Below the pieces are notes generated by a model. It did not search any database, was not told where the DNA came from, and saw only the letters and a program-made list of their open reading frames with translations. DNA of 63,891 nucleotides, filler included, from Folioceros fuciformis (taxonomy: Eukaryota): assembly GCA_049999805.1 (NCBI GenBank). It is 5 parts of 4 records of this genome, joined end to end, with 100 filler letters (N's around TTAATTAATTAA, not from the genome) between each part and the next. Parts side by side here need not be neighbours in the genome. Positions count along the whole stretch, not along the records: positions 1 to 22,014 come from JBNGIO010005936.1; 4 more parts are not named here. The stretch is one strand, 5' to 3'. Shown here piece by piece: positions 1 through 18,290 of this stretch; position 1 is the stretch's first letter; each line of letters begins with the position of its first letter. A program made the position numbers and the translations under genes.

Positions 1-240
1 AGGAGAGGAGAAAGAGAGGTCACACTCTCACAATAGAGTCACTCATACAAGGGAGCTCAAGGGGGTATTTATACCCTTTAGAAGAGCTCCCTAGGAAGCT
101 TCACAAGAAGCCCACAAGAAGCTGAACAAGAAGCTTCCTAGATATTAGCTTAAGCTAATCTAAACTAATGATACTTAACTAGACACTAATCTTAGACTAA
201 ACACATTAGTCTAGGCACATTGGGCTTTAATAACCCTACA
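1..240 (-). mobile_element. LTR fragment, same family as the LTR at 22411-22692
   Basis: Closely matches 22460-22692 (gggagctcaagggggtatttatacc...cacattgggctttaataaccctaca) and ends in the same CCTACA terminus; truncated by the window edge. Confidence 0.85.
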
Positions 241-274
241 AAAGACTCCCTGGAAGTTCTTGCTAACAAGTGCA

Positions 275-620
275 AGGGAGACAAGCAACTCGATTGTTGG
301 GTTAAGAAAGGTGTCGTAGGAAGCCTTATTGATAAAGAGGTATTGAGTGTAGGGAGGTAGAAATCGGCAGAGGGAGTAATGGGGTTCTACTAACTAAGGG
401 AATGATGTCCTCCCATTGAGTGGACGTGTTGTAGGATTGGTAGGTACTGATTGAGAGTGTTGACTATCGTAGGTGAATGATAGACTTAGTTGGGGGAAGC
501 TGACCATTAGGCTCGAAGGGAGCAAATATGAGGAAGCCTACAACTACCATGGGATTGATGTGGCCACGATACATGTGAGTTGTGTCTGGTAAGGGTACTA
601 TACCTGCTTGCTCACATCAA
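275..620. repeat. Dispersed repeat (putative degenerate LTR), homologous to 59381-59890
   Basis: Shared blocks such as ggtattgagtgta..gtagaaatcgg, gacgtgttg.aggattggta, gggattgatgtggccac.atacatgtgag and ggtaagggtac.atacc.gcttgc.cacat. Confidence 0.75.
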
Positions 621-1090
621 TATAAGATTTATTTGAAAAATGTCTAAAATATAGATATGTGACCAGCACGACGTAATCTCAAATGTGCATTACATGAGCT
701 TTGTGGAATCGACCATCATGCGCAGACTATGTTTTAATACTAAATCTAAATTCCACTTATTTTTTATGATGATTATACGTACATTTGTGCCAGTTATACT
801 CTTCTTGCTTGTTTTTTATGATGATTATGAGTAATTTGTGTCCACTCTTCTTGCTGGTTTTTCTTTGCGCCCCATTTTTTCTCCTTCTATGTCCACGGGT
901 TCACTAACCTCATTCCACATCCCTAAGCTCACTAGCCTTCTTCTGTATCCCTAAGCTCACTTGCCTTTGTCTCTTTGACCTTCTTGATTATTGACAATAT
1001 AAGCTACATTCTTTCTTCCTCCTTTGTTTCCCTTAAAAATAAATTATACAATTTTAGTTATACAATTTCTGTCTTTCTAGTTAAAATATT

Positions 1091-1210
1091 ATATAATATA
1101 ATGATACTCCAATTATATAATATAATGATACTCCAATTATATAATACAATGATACTCCAATTATATAATATAATGATACTCCAATTATATAATATAATGA
1201 TAATCCAATT
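1091..1210. repeat. Tandem minisatellite, 24-bp unit (atataatataatgatactccaatt) x5
   Basis: Five near-perfect consecutive units read directly from the sequence. Confidence 0.95.
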
Positions 1211-1975
1211 TCTATCTCATACAATTTATGTCTGAGGATGGATTTCATCTTAGTGAACATAAATAAAATTTATTGATTGAGTAAGGCAGAGTATTGATGT
1301 AAGGCTGATAGGAACGTTATCTAATCAATCAAACTATACGATAATACTATGACTGCAGTAGTAATGACCTTGAGCCACCGCAATGACTGGCCCACATCTC
1401 CAGTGCGAGGAACAACACAAACACGAAATGCAACCGAAGCAACGAAGGAAGCGCGGGAACTTCATTCATAGAGTACATACTCCAAAGGCTGTCCTCGGTT
1501 CGGGAAAACGATATCGCTTGTGAAGCAGGAGGTCTTGTCCGCGGTGAACGGTACTGTGGGAAGCACAATCACAGGTTCCCGTCCTACTGCACCATCCTCT
1601 CGGGAATGCTGGAGGCTGCATTGGCTCAACTCCGTCGCATTGGTTCAACTCCCTCAAGTGGCGAGTATGTAGGTGTGTCAGCAGTTTTGCGAAACCGGGA
1701 GTGGAATTCGGAAGACGAGCTTACTCAAAATTCAGTGACGGTGGCAGCGGGAGCTGTTCAGACTTTGTGCTTCGTCATGTGCTACTATGGTTGTCTTCTG
1801 GCCTCATCCTCCACGTGATTTCTAGCCGACGTCAAGCCTTGAGTTGTCTGCTCGGCAACTGTCATCTCTCAAAGGGTTTTTGCCATGGAGCACACGTGCA
1901 AAGTACTTCGCTCTCATCCAGCGTTTTTGCTCCATTTCCGCACTCTCAGTTGCCTGTCTCCTGTGTTCCTGTGAC

Positions 1976-6742
<4,767 letters not shown>

Positions 6743-6755
6743 GAGCTTGAGAAGC

Positions 6756-7685
6756 TCAATCCATTCTGAAGCTGAAGCCGAAGTCGGAATCCTTTTCCAA
6801 CACCGTCACGGCGTCGCCCACGGAAACAACACGCCGTGACCCCAGTTTGCGCGAATCCTCGCACACTGCGTTCATTCCGAAGTAAACTTGGTTCCTCATT
6901 TTTGGAGCTGCCGGAGCGAGCTGCTGCCCGGCTCTGAAAGTCCTCAAGACCACCAAGGGGTCTACGCCTCCCAACCCGGTAGACTGGTCGATGGTAGTCA
7001 CCTTGCATCGCGAGCAGGGCTTAACCCCGTAGAAGATGAGGTCGCCGACTTTGAACTTCCTCCATGTGTCCTCCTCATAAGCCTCCACCCCGTCCCCCTC
7101 TACGAACAGGTTGGGACGGAATCGGTTAATAGGCAACGGAGTGGAAGGCACCATCCTGTTGAGCGCTTCCAAGGACGCTTTGGAGATGACCAGGAAGGGG
7201 AAGGCGTCAGCGAAGCCGGTGGTGAATCCCGGCGCTTCCTCACCACAGGACCGCGCCACCCGGGCCTCGTCGAAGCGCACAAGGCGCACGGGCTTTCCCA
7301 AGTAGCGCGACAGCCAAGCGGTGGGAAGGGGCCCTTCGTCCAGAGCTCCCCCGGCCCAGCCCCACACCGACACCCGCTCCACCGCTGGCCTTGGACTGTC
7401 GGGCTCCAACGGCACGTAGAGCGGCTCCATCCCCGGCGCTGTCAGGCGCAGCGCTGCTCCAGCCGGCAGAGGCTCCTCATATGCCCCCGACGGCAGGCCC
7501 GTTTCTACCAGCGCCAGCCGCGGCTCCACCCTCTGCGTCTGCATTCTGCCCCTGGCGTCCACCACCATCCACTCCCGGTCCCAGCGAAATCCTCTGCTCC
7601 AAATGGTGGCCCGCTGCACCGCGATGCCACGGCACGACTTCACGGGGTAGATGAAGATCCCGCCAATTCTGCCTGCTTCTGCCAT
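6756..7685 (-). CDS. mARC: MOSC-domain protein / amidoxime-reducing component (mARC), intronless, 309 aa
   Basis: MOSC_N IYPVKSCRG, WDREWMVV, FADAFPFL, NRFRPNL, EEDTW, and the Moco-binding Cys motif KPCSRCKVTTIDQ. Confidence 0.93.
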   Translation of the reverse strand: MAEAGRIGGIFIYPVKSCRGIAVQRATIWSRGFRWDREWMVVDARGRMQTQRVEPRLALVETGLPSGAYEEPLPAGAALRLTAPGMEPLYVPLEPDSPRPAVERVSVWGWAGGALDEGPLPTAWLSRYLGKPVRLVRFDEARVARSCGEEAPGFTTGFADAFPFLVISKASLEALNRMVPSTPLPINRFRPNLFVEGDGVEAYEEDTWRKFKVGDLIFYGVKPCSRCKVTTIDQSTGLGGVDPLVVLRTFRAGQQLAPAAPKMRNQVYFGMNAVCEDSRKLGSRRVVSVGDAVTVLEKDSDFGFSFRMD

Positions 7686-9518
7686 AGCTCGTCTCTCCAG
7701 TCACCAGGCTCGGCTTTGCCCTGCTTGCTTCCGTTTCATGTTTCTGCATGCGAGTATCTTGGGGAAGCGCCATAAGCGCCTGGTACAGCCACTGCTTTCG
7801 GGACGGGCACCGCGAGATCTGACCGTCCACGTCCCGCACAATTAGCGTAGTCTGGACCTCGCTCAGACTAATAATGCAAGCAGCAAGCCCTGTTGCACTG
7901 ATTCCAAGGTGTCTTCGGGCTTCTCAAGAAGCATCTTGAAGGAAGAAAGAGACATTTCTGGAGAGCCTTTCCATACGACTTTTAGTGTTCACGTTCTAGG
8001 TGTAGCTGTTTGTACCACCTCTAGTGCAATGGAGATGCCCACGGCACGGCGGACGTGATGAAGGTTGGGCAAACATCCTCCTCCTCCTCTCAATGCGTCT
8101 GCCATGCGTACACAGACATATGCTCCCCCAGCGGGCCCAGGATCTGGCCCTACACTCTCACAATTCTGCTACAATACACTGTACTGGGAGTAATGATAGG
8201 TCAGTCCCTGCAGAAGCGAGACGAGTCGACGGAAAGAAGTGGACGAGTCGAGGCGAGTCGATTCAGGAATCCAGAGGAGATCAAGATTGAGATTCCTCGT
8301 CTCATCTCTCGGCACGGCACGGCACAGCACGGCATGGCATCGGCTGGTTGGTGTGATTACACTACGGTATGCTGCGCTACTAAGTGGACGTTTGTGTCGC
8401 AAATGCCGTTGATTTGGTCGTCACACTGCGCTGTCGCTCCTTTCCCAGTGCACTGCATATCTCTTGTGCCCACGTGGCTGCCGTTGGGCAGCCGGGAGAG
8501 GGAAGAATTTCCGCCACCGTCTTCCTGTTTACTTGCTAAACACGATGCTTAACCCTGGTAATGGTAATCAACCCGATGCTCATCCCCTCTAGCATGCACC
8601 CGTGCTATACCTTCCCGTTCCCGTCTTAGAAAGTCCGTGGTTAGTAAGGGGAAGCGATAGGTTTGCTGCTCGCGCCTGCCCACCAGGCCTAGAATTGCGT
8701 TGGAGCAGGAGAAAGAGGAGGGAAACCGCGGGAACGGTAAGATCTGGGGCGTGCCGCGATCCATCTCTTTTCCAATCTCCTTCCTGCCTCGCGGGTTGGC
8801 GCCCGAGTCTTCTTTCTCTCCTCTGTTCTCACGCCCCGCCATCGTCGACGCATCGCGGAGCTCGGGCTTCCGCTCACCAACCAAGGTTCTCCACCTGATC
8901 GCTCTGCGCCCAGTCAAGCACGCTGGGAGGCGGAAGTCGCGAACGCAAGTAGGTTTGAGAAGAAAGGCTTCTGACCGCAGCGCATCGAGGCTCCCGAGCA
9001 GCAAGTTCCGCAACTCTAGGGTGTTGCGGGATCGGGCCCCGCGGAGGCTTGCCTGGCCCTCAGTTGCCAGGGTGGTGCAGAATTTACGTCTCAAGACACA
9101 CGCTTGGTCTGAGCCGCCCAGGGTTTGCCACTCTCGGATGCTAGTATGTCTTCGGACCGCAGGCGGCTGGAGGAACAGTTTCGGGGCTGAGCGGCTCAGG
9201 GCGGGGCCGCGCCAGGCCCAACCGCCGCTTCTTGACTACTGCAGCCTCTGCGCTGAGGCTTGAAGCCGGGGTTGTTTTTTTTCCCTGACTTGGCTAGTGT
9301 GCCGGCAATTGCTGTCTCTCGTTACCGCACATGCAGTTCCCTCGCACTGTGCCTACACTGTGAGCTCGCCGGGCTGCTCCCGAGCTCTGGTCTCTACCGA
9401 GAGGGGACTCTTTTTTCTTCGCCAGGTATATTTGTTAGGACCCGTTCATGGTTTGAGTAGGTTGGGATCAGAAGGACGAAGGTTGCGCCATTACGACAGG
9501 GTTTAGGGTCTCGGCAAG

Positions 9519-12500
9519 ATGGAGATTGATGTCGTTGGAGCCCCCGCTGGTGTACGGCCGGATGCAGTTAGTGGGGCTTTGAGGGAAGAAGTAGAGCAGC
9601 AGCAGGAGGCGGGAAAGGCTACAAGGCCTCAGGACGCCGACGATGACGAGGAAGATGCGTGTAGGATATGCCGGAACCCTGGAGGCGATGGGTCTCCACT
9701 CTACCATCCTTGCGCATGCTGCGGCAGCATCAAGTACGTGCATCAGGAGTGCTTACTACAGTGGCTCAACCACAGCAATGCACGGCAGTGTGAAGTGAGT
9801 GATGTTTTCATGTACTTGTGCATATTACCAGCTGTTCCTTGTCCCATGGTGGTTGGTGTTTCTAGAATGGAATGACCGAAGCTGCTCGTGTAGTGCTTTC
9901 TTCACCTCGGTTCCTTCTTTGTCCACTTCTTGACAGTTGAGCTCTCTGTTTTTTTTTTTTTTTTTTCTGGGTAGCTTGCAGTGTCCTTAACCTTAGGCCC
10001 CTGGCTGTTGCACGTTTTTCAGGTATGCAAGCATGCCTTCTCCTTCTCCCCTGTATATGCCGAGAACGCGCCGGCAAGGCTCCCTTTCCAGGAACTCGTA
10101 CTCGGCATAGCCCTCAAAGCGGGAAGAGGATGCAAGTTTTTCTTCCGCTTGGCTTTTGTTCTATCCGTATGGCTCCTCTTTATCCCGTTCACCACTCTTT
10201 GGATTTGGCGCCTCACTTTTGTAAGGAGTTTTGCTGGGGCACACATGCTGTTCATTAGCCGGCTTGTTCCCAGTCTGCTGCTTGCAGACTGTTTGCACGG
10301 GTTTCTTCTTTCCGCGGGTATTGTTTTCATTTTTTTGGGCGTCACCTCTCTGCGAGAATACTTCCGTCATGTGAGGGAACTTGCGGGTCAAGATGATCGC
10401 GAGGATGATGCAGTAGAAAGGCAGCTTGGCGGCAGGGCAGGGAGGCGTGGGGGTGCATTTGGTCGAGCGGCAGTGGAGCCTGCTGCCCAAGCTCAGCCCG
10501 TTGCGCTAGCTAACGCTGATGTTGCACTTGGAGGTCAAGGCCTTGCTGCTGGGGCTGGGCAGCTTATACGGAGGAATGCAGAGAATGTGGCAGCACGTCT
10601 GGAAATGCAGGCAGCTCGTCTTGAAGCTCATGTTGAGCAAATGTTTGATGCCGTTGAGGATGTTGATGGGGCTGAAGATGTACCTTTTGATGAGCTCGTA
10701 GGGATGCAAGGCCCTGTGTTTCATTTGGTTGAAAATGCTATCACTGTAAGTTCTTCCATCACTAGATACAATTGTAAGGTGCAAGTTGTAAGCTGGTATC
10801 CGTTTCTGCCACAAAGGAGAACGTATGCCTTGCTCTCAGCGTTTAATTGTGTGTGCAGGTTTTAGCGAGCAATGCCATCTTTCTTGGCGTTGTGGCTTTA
10901 ATTCCATTCACAATTGGCCGCGTGATCCTGTGGATCGCTTCTAGGTTGGTTGGATCATCTGCGGGCATGCCAGGGGTCAATCACCTCATGGAGAACCAGA
11001 AGTTGAACAGCTCAAGTCCACTTGTTAACAACTCAATGACGCTTTCAGCTGCCTTGTTCTCACTGGCTACCACTGATGTAAAATCTAATAACAGTGTGAT
11101 AAGCGTACCACCTGGGGGGGCCCTGGCAGCAGAGGTTACACATGCATGGGAAAGTGGCCTTGAGTCCGTAACTCTGGCAATGATCGGAAAATTACAACTG
11201 TCCGATGCTGGAACGGTTGCTGTCGGGTATGGAGTGATTGGTGTCGCATTGGGTCTCTACCTTGGGCTCATGGCCTTGATAAGGTATGGCAGAGGGGAAC
11301 CCCTGAGGGTTGCAAGGATGCATGGAGTTGCGTCTATGGCCGAGGCTGCACCTTCAGTGGCAAGGCAAATGATGGCAGGTCTAACGTATCTCGCAACAAT
11401 GGTGAAGGTTGCTTTCCTCCTTGTTATCGAGCTAGGGTTGTTTCCTCTTCTGTGCGGATGGTGGCTTGACATCTGCACACTTGGGATGTTTGATTCGACA
11501 ATAGCTCAAAGGGTTGTCTTCTTCTGGTCTGCCCCGTTGACAAGCTGTATACTCCACTGGCTGGTCGGCATTGTCTACATGCTGCTTATCAGCATCTTTG
11601 TTAGTCTCTTGCGTGAGGTATGTCAGTCCAGCCGCCTTGGTGCATATCCATTTTCCTCTGTCTAGTTTAGGTCTAATCTGTGCGTTTATTATTTCTAGGT
11701 TCTTAAACCCGGAGTACTGTATTTTCTGCGCGACCCTGCTGATCCCAACTACAATCCGTTCCGAGATCTAATCGATGATCCTATTCACAAGCATGCTCGT
11801 CGTGTGCTGCTCTCTGTCCTGGTTTATGGTAGTTTGATCGTTATGCTTGTCTTCCTTCCAGTGCAACTGGCTGTTTACATGGCACCTTCTATGTTTCCTC
11901 TGGATTTAAGGTGAGCAGAAACTAGGATTGCCGTTGTTGGAGGATTGGAATTGTGACCCGCACCGTGGAATCTGATTGCTTTGGTGTTGGAATCGTGCAG
12001 AGTATCAGACCCGTTTACAGAGATTCCCGCTGATATGCTTCTATTTCACATTTGCATCCCTTTCGCAGTGGAGCATTTCCGGCCACGTGTGACCATCAAA
12101 GCTGTTCTCCATCATTGGTTCTCTGCTGTTGGTTGGGTTCTGGGACTCTGTGAGTTCCTACTGCCTGGTCCAGAGGATAATAACAGGGTAGGGAATGCTG
12201 GCAACCACGATGCCGACCAAGTAGTCAGACCATTGGCTGCCCTTGCTGAACCAGCTGCTGCCATTCAGAACAATGGAGAGACAGGGCCATTGTTACCAGC
12301 TGGCAGACATGTTGATGTCACAGATGACTCTGACGAAGAGGGAGATTCTGAGGAGTAAGTGAAATCTTCTCGGTGTCCTAAGCCTCTGGAAATGACAATG
12401 AATAACCTAATTAGCATTTTACATCCCATGCAGGTACCGTTTTGCAGTGCGCATTGCCTTGTTGCTTTTTGGGGCTTGGATCACCCTTCTCTTGTTCAAT

Positions 12501-13946
12501 TCTTCGGTGATTGTCTTGCCTATATCATTGGGTAGAGGACTATTTGCCTCGGTGTCGCGACTACCAATTACTAGGGGTGCCAAATGCAATGGTACGTATG
12601 TGAAACGAGTATGGTCGGAGGTTTCACCTGTTCTAAAGGGTGGTGGTCGCAATTGGTGGGATTTTTTATTTATGTGTTTCCGGGTGTTTGTGGCAGACCT
12701 ATACGCTTTCAACATTGGATGTTATTTGCTCTGGGCAGCTGCTGCAGCTGTTCGCTATGCAGCTGACTACTTGAAGACACATAATGTCAAGGTGTTAATG
12801 CTGCAGATACTCAAGTGGTCAGCAATTGTGGCAAAGAGCGCTGTCCTCTTGACGCTTTGGGTGAGCGTGACTTTGGCTATATTGCTACAAGTGGTTTTTG
12901 AAAACCAGTCTCCTGTCCTTCAATTAAAGTGGGCGCCGTCACTTCAGCTAATCAATGGTGGGGTGTCTGTTGCAGATTGTTGTGTTACCTGTGCTGATTG
13001 GCCTGTATTTTGAGCTCCTTATACTCGTCCCCATACGGGTGCCCATCAATGAGTGTCCAGTCCACTTACTCTACCAAGATTGGGCTCTAGGGCTTGTGTT
13101 TCTGAAAATCTGGACGAGGCTGGTAAGTCAAGAGTTGCTTAGGTGCTGTTCTGATGGCTGTGGCCACTGTCTGTTAATCTGTTGACTGCTGTACAGGTCA
13201 TGCTGGGCGGGCCTGTCAGACCTTTGTGGGATGATAGCTGGCGTGTGAAGTTTGAGCAGGTTAAGGCCGACGGTTTTGCCGGACTACGTGGCGTCTGGAT
13301 AATTCGAGAGATTATTGGCCCTATCCTGCTTGATCTCCTCGTAGCACTTGGAGGTCCATATGTTCTTGGGCAAAAGCTTTTCCCGCTCTTGGGCTTCGGG
13401 TACGATGTGGACTCCGTTGTGAGCCGGTTTGCTTGGCTCGGCTGCTTGGTGATGGTCATAATGTGGTGCGTTGCTGAGAGGCTACATGTATGGTTGTTGG
13501 ATCTTCACAATTCCATTCGTGATGATCGGTATCTTGTTGGGAGGCGGCTGCATAATTTCGGGGAGAAAGTCCGTGGTACCAATGAACAAGCTGCGCAGGA
13601 AAGCAGTGGAAGAGGTGAACCTGGAGTCGCGGAAGAGGGAGCAACTGTGGCAGTTGCTTCAGAGCCTTCGTCTGAAGGAACTACAGTGCAAGAGGGCGCG
13701 ACCCCTGTGTCCAGTTTTACAGCGGGCAATCTTTCATCTCTGAGTTATGTAAGCGGTGGCATCGGAGCCAAGGGCAAGAAAATTGTTGGGGGGGATGTTG
13801 CTTTGATTCCGGAATTTCAACAGGATTCTGACAGGAAATTCGGGAGAATCAGTGGGTCGCTGAGGTTCAGGTCCACTGCTGTTGGGGCTGCTTCGTCGTC
13901 CTCCTCGACGTCGTCCAACTCCGCCACCCTGAGCCAGGACCAATAG
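9519..13946 (+). CDS. SUD1: E3 ubiquitin ligase SUD1/CER9 (Doa10/MARCH6 family), ~9 exons
   Basis: RINGv [70 protein letters not shown]; TD domain KVAFLLVIELGLFPLLCGWWLD; many TM helices; C-terminal HNSIRDDRYLVGRRLHNF. Confidence 0.96.
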
Positions 13947-14735
13947 TGGAAATGTGGCGTATAATTGGCTTCCGGTCCAAACGGCGTGTTGTCCCTGGCT
14001 GTCTAAATAGGGTATGTGTTATCGGACCTACCCTGCTTTGCTGCGTATGCGTGGTCCTTGAGTTAGCTTTTGGTTACAACTCTTTTGAGAATGCATGTGC
14101 CCCTTCTCGAATCCCGCCTCTTCATTCTTTTGTACTGTAGCCTTTCAGTCGAGCCTTGTTGAAGGCGAGTAGCAATGTGCTGTGGGGTTTGTGATGTCGT
14201 CGTCGACGCAAGCAAGAAACTGGGTACCAAGTACGCCAGAGGCCATCTTTAGTCCTCATTTTCCTTGTAATATTACTATTCTTGAAGGTTGTCATGTGCA
14301 ACACAATGAACTATCCTGTGTCCGTTCTCGTCTGCGTAATGGTTCGCCATGCACGAACGCCTTCAACTTGTCACGTGATTATAGGAGTTGCTGACTCCGA
14401 CGCCGTCCTCAGCAATGCCTGGGCGTGAGCCTGAATTGATGGACACCGGCGCCGATTGATTGTAGATCAGCCAGTCACACTGGTGGTGGCGACCTTGAAT
14501 TCGGCATTCTGGACGAGCGTCGGCCGTCGGCCGAGGACAGCTGTCTCTTTCTCTTCGAGCATGGAGGGCGACGATTGGAAAGTCATTGCCTGTCCAAGGG
14601 ACGCCTCGTCGCCTACGCTTTTGATATAGCGAAATTCACGCCAATTCAATGATGCCTTAGTCTACACTGGTTCGTGGATTGTGGTACGTCCGGAAGGCAG
14701 TTCATCCGAATTGGGGGCTTAGATTGCAGGAAGAC

Positions 14736-17324
14736 ATGGCTGAGAACGTGCAGAGTCATCACCAACAGAGCCAGGGCTCTAGTGGAGGAACCAATTTCTC
14801 GCCCTGGGTGTCTGTCTTAAATCTTTGCAATGCTGCGATCGGGGCTGGTGTATTGTCCTTTCCCTTTGCTTTCAGGTAACAAAAGTGCACAACTCCAGGA
14901 CCACGCATGTTGGAATTTTTGACGAATAACAACCTGCCGAATCAAGAAAGCAAAGCGGCTACTGTCTTTTGTATAGGCAAACAGGGATTGTGGGGGGGCT
15001 TTTCTTCACGGGACTCATATGGCTGTTGGAGGTTGCGGCTTTGTGTCTCCTGGTTCGCGCATCCGACTCTTACAACGCCAAGAGCTATCAGGTACCGGGC
15101 TAAGCCTGAAATGTCGAACAAATTCTCTACTATGAACTGCTTCGCTTCCGAGAAGTCTGAGGTTTGCAATTCTGTTGCAGCAACTTGTGCAGATAACACT
15201 CGGTCCCAAGATGGCTGTCATCACATCTGTGACCATGATGGTTTTCCTTATCGGAGGTCTGATTTCCTACCTTATCATCACAGGTGCGCTAACCCTCGCC
15301 TCTTTCAGGCTAAGACTGTTTCGTGCCCTCTCATAATCAGCCTTTAAATCTCACTAGTGCTTTCCACAGTCGTTGAACGATCTAGCTTGCTGTAGCAGGA
15401 GATGTGTTTGAGCCCATCTTTGCTGCGGTCTTCGGGCCGGAAAGTAAATTTGCCGATCGAAGGTAAATGGAAGCTGAAATGTTGTCGATATCCCTCGTCA
15501 TGGACAAGGGGGCTCATATGTACACGTGGTGGTCCCTGTCACTTACGTTTCTTCATTTCTGCAGAGTTGTCATCAGCCTATGTGCGACTTTAGTTGTTCT
15601 GCCTCTTGCATGGAAGAGGAACTTGAAGGATCTAAAGTTCACCAGTATTTTGTCGGTAAATGCTCCTCGAATCTTCCTTCGTTTGACTTCTTCCCTTTCG
15701 AATAAGGACTTAACTCCATGACCAACAATCCTTCTCTCTCAACAACTTTGTGTCTTGCGCTATGAGTAGGTGGGAATACTCTTGTACTTGACGGTGGTGT
15801 TAATTTTATCTGGAGCCGCCAAATTTTCTAAGGAAGGTCTTCCAGAAAAGGTAGGCTTCTAAGCACACAAAGGCTGCTGACGGCCGAGAGTCAGAGATAG
15901 TGATTCCAAGAGAAGCACTAGTGCTGCAGGTTTCAGTTTTCAATTTCCAGCTTTACCATCTGTTTGGTGTTTGCCATGTATTGTATCAGGTGAATGTGTT
16001 TACGGGAGGGATAAAGGCCTTCATAGCGATGGACATTGTTGTATTTGCTTTTCACTGTCACATTCAGGTACTTCCTTATACTTGATTGCTGAATTTTCCC
16101 TTATGGGGAGTCTTATTGCGCAGCTGCAAGTGTGTGAACCCTGCATCACATAGTTGTCATGTCTAGATACCAAGGTCAATGAGAGCCAGCATGCTTGTTT
16201 CAGTGAACAAAGTCCAGGCTATTCATTCCTCATAACTTTGATCTGCATGTTGATCAGGCGACTGTGCTGTCAGGTGTTTCCAATATACACAGAGTTAGCC
16301 GGAAACCCAGACCCCCTGTTTGGAGTCAAAAGCGAGACTGTAGGTGTGGAGGATGCCGAGCAATTGATACCAACTGGTGGTGGAAGTGAGATTTATTTAA
16401 GTAGTGGCAAGCCGAGAACCAATGCCCGAATTCAGATCATGGATCAAATCATCGTGTGCTCGATGCTTGTTTGTGTCACGGGCTATTGCGTGGTAAGGAG
16501 TCAGCTTTCAACTCACGTGCTTGCATGTTTGTATGTGAGGTTCACCTTCCTGAGTAATTCATCGGATTGCATCCACTCTAGGTCGGTGAAGTGGGTTACT
16601 TGATGTTTCCAGACGTTGATGGTGACCTGCTCAAGAGTTTTGGAAACGACAACTTCGCTATGAATGTTGCACGGGTTGGCATGGCTGTGGTATGTGTTCT
16701 GGTTGCAGCCAATTTAGCATGACTGTTGTATGTATTGTACAGTTGCATCAAATTGGTCCATGGTCGTCGGTCTCTTACTTGTCTTCCATAATTTCAGGTT
16801 GCTATGGTCTGCTACCCACTAGCCAACCATCCAGCAAGATCCATTATGGATGATGCCATTAAACACACGTTCAGACTGACAGACGAGAGTTATGCAGTTG
16901 AGCGCCATGCAGGGTTGACATTATCCTTCTTCCTGCTGTCCCTCATGACAGCGTTGGTGCTTACCGACCTTGGAATGGTAAGTCCCCCCCCCCCTCTTTC
17001 CTCGATTACAATATAAAGCTGGTGTCTTCGGAGCAGGTAACTGCTGTTTTCCGTCCTACTTGCCAGGTTTTCTCCATTGTTGGCGCAACAGGAGGGGTGA
17101 TGGTGATCTTTGTCTTTCCGGGATTGTTGTTAATACAGCAAGGGTCAAGAAACGAACTGTCCAAGTTGATGGCAGGCTCTGATATAGACGTAGAAGATAA
17201 GACTAGTCGTCACGTCAGCAGTTTCTCCAACTGGCTTGCAATTTTCTTGGGTTCTGTGATTATCGGCTTCGGAGTCCTCATCTTCATCGCCACGTTCTAC
17301 GTAACAGTTAACAAACTGGCATGA
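14736..17324 (+). CDS. Amino-acid transporter, Aa_trans (AAAP/SLC38-like) family, multi-exon
   Basis: VLNLCNAAIGAGVLSFPFAFR, YNAKSYQ, LKDLKFTS, FAFHCHIQVFPIYTEL, CYPLANHPAR, VFSIVGATGG..IFVFPG; about 11 hydrophobic segments split by GT-AG introns. Confidence 0.88.
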
Positions 17325-18290
17325 TGTACACATTGTAAAGACCAGTGTTCCAGCAACGTTATTTCAGGTGCCTGAATCCCATGCCGGGTGCACGGCCGTT
17401 ATGGCTGGATGAGAGTTCCCATGGACAATGGCTGTCAGAGGTGATCGTTTCCATAAAGTACAAGTATTCATTGGCCGGAGCAGATACTCAGCGCGTCTTT
17501 TTCGACTGGCCACACCAGTCTTAAGTGTACCACAGCTTTCCTGGCAAAGATATCTCGTCCAGACGCCTGCACATTGCCACGTTAAAGTGCAGTTCACTAA
17601 TTGCTCCACAGACTCAAAATATAGCGCATGGGACGAATCGGATAACGCAGCCTGTATACAGCGCCTTGTAAGCAGGCGGAAATTGCTCGATCGCTGCAGG
17701 CTGACGCGTCAGAGAAAGCATCCCATCGAGGGTACGTCCCTCTTTATGCCACATGGTGCGGAAAAGCAAGATACCGACCGCTACATGTGATCTGTCCCAC
17801 AAGCGAGCGAACTGAAAAGATTTAAATGTCTTGCCACCGTGCTGCTTGTACACAGGTGTCCATGGATAGGAAACCTAAAAGTGTGAGACTTCATGAGTCT
17901 AGACCTAGACTCACACTACCAACTCTGAATTTAAATTGTACTTGTTAAGTTAAAGAACTGCCAGACTCACCCTCTCTGGGATCCACATCTGCTGAAAAAT
18001 ACAACCCTTGCGCCTACGCATTAGGAGCAGAAGTTGTCAGCTAGAGTGAAGGAAAAGGGAGCACAAGCATCGCATGCTACTAAGCGCAAGGAAAAAGTAG
18101 GAATGCTCCATCGGGAACATAGTGCAACCTGAAAGGTCTTCGATAAGAGGTCAAAGCTGCAGGACTGGTACTCTGAGGCACCAGAGAGGGATACGAGGGA
18201 ACGGGCTTCCATCCACTTGCAAAGGACAGGACTATGACACCCTGCATCAAGGCAAGCTCATTCCTTAGGACAAAGCAAGCTAGGGAACGA

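Noticed and set aside
975-1235. 86-aa ORF with (YNIMILQL)n
   Set aside because: Product of the 24-bp AT-rich minisatellite.
1606-1818. MLEAALAQLRR ORF as the RecQ first exon
   Set aside because: The obvious donor at 1665 is not phase-compatible with the acceptor at 2021; RecQ start left approximate.
6888-7775. 295-aa plus-strand ORF
   Set aside because: Antisense shadow of the GC-rich mARC CDS; no recognisable motifs.
8024-9506. Several overlapping 60-190-aa ORFs between mARC and SUD1
   Set aside because: GC-rich divergent promoter/5'UTR region with no domain signal.
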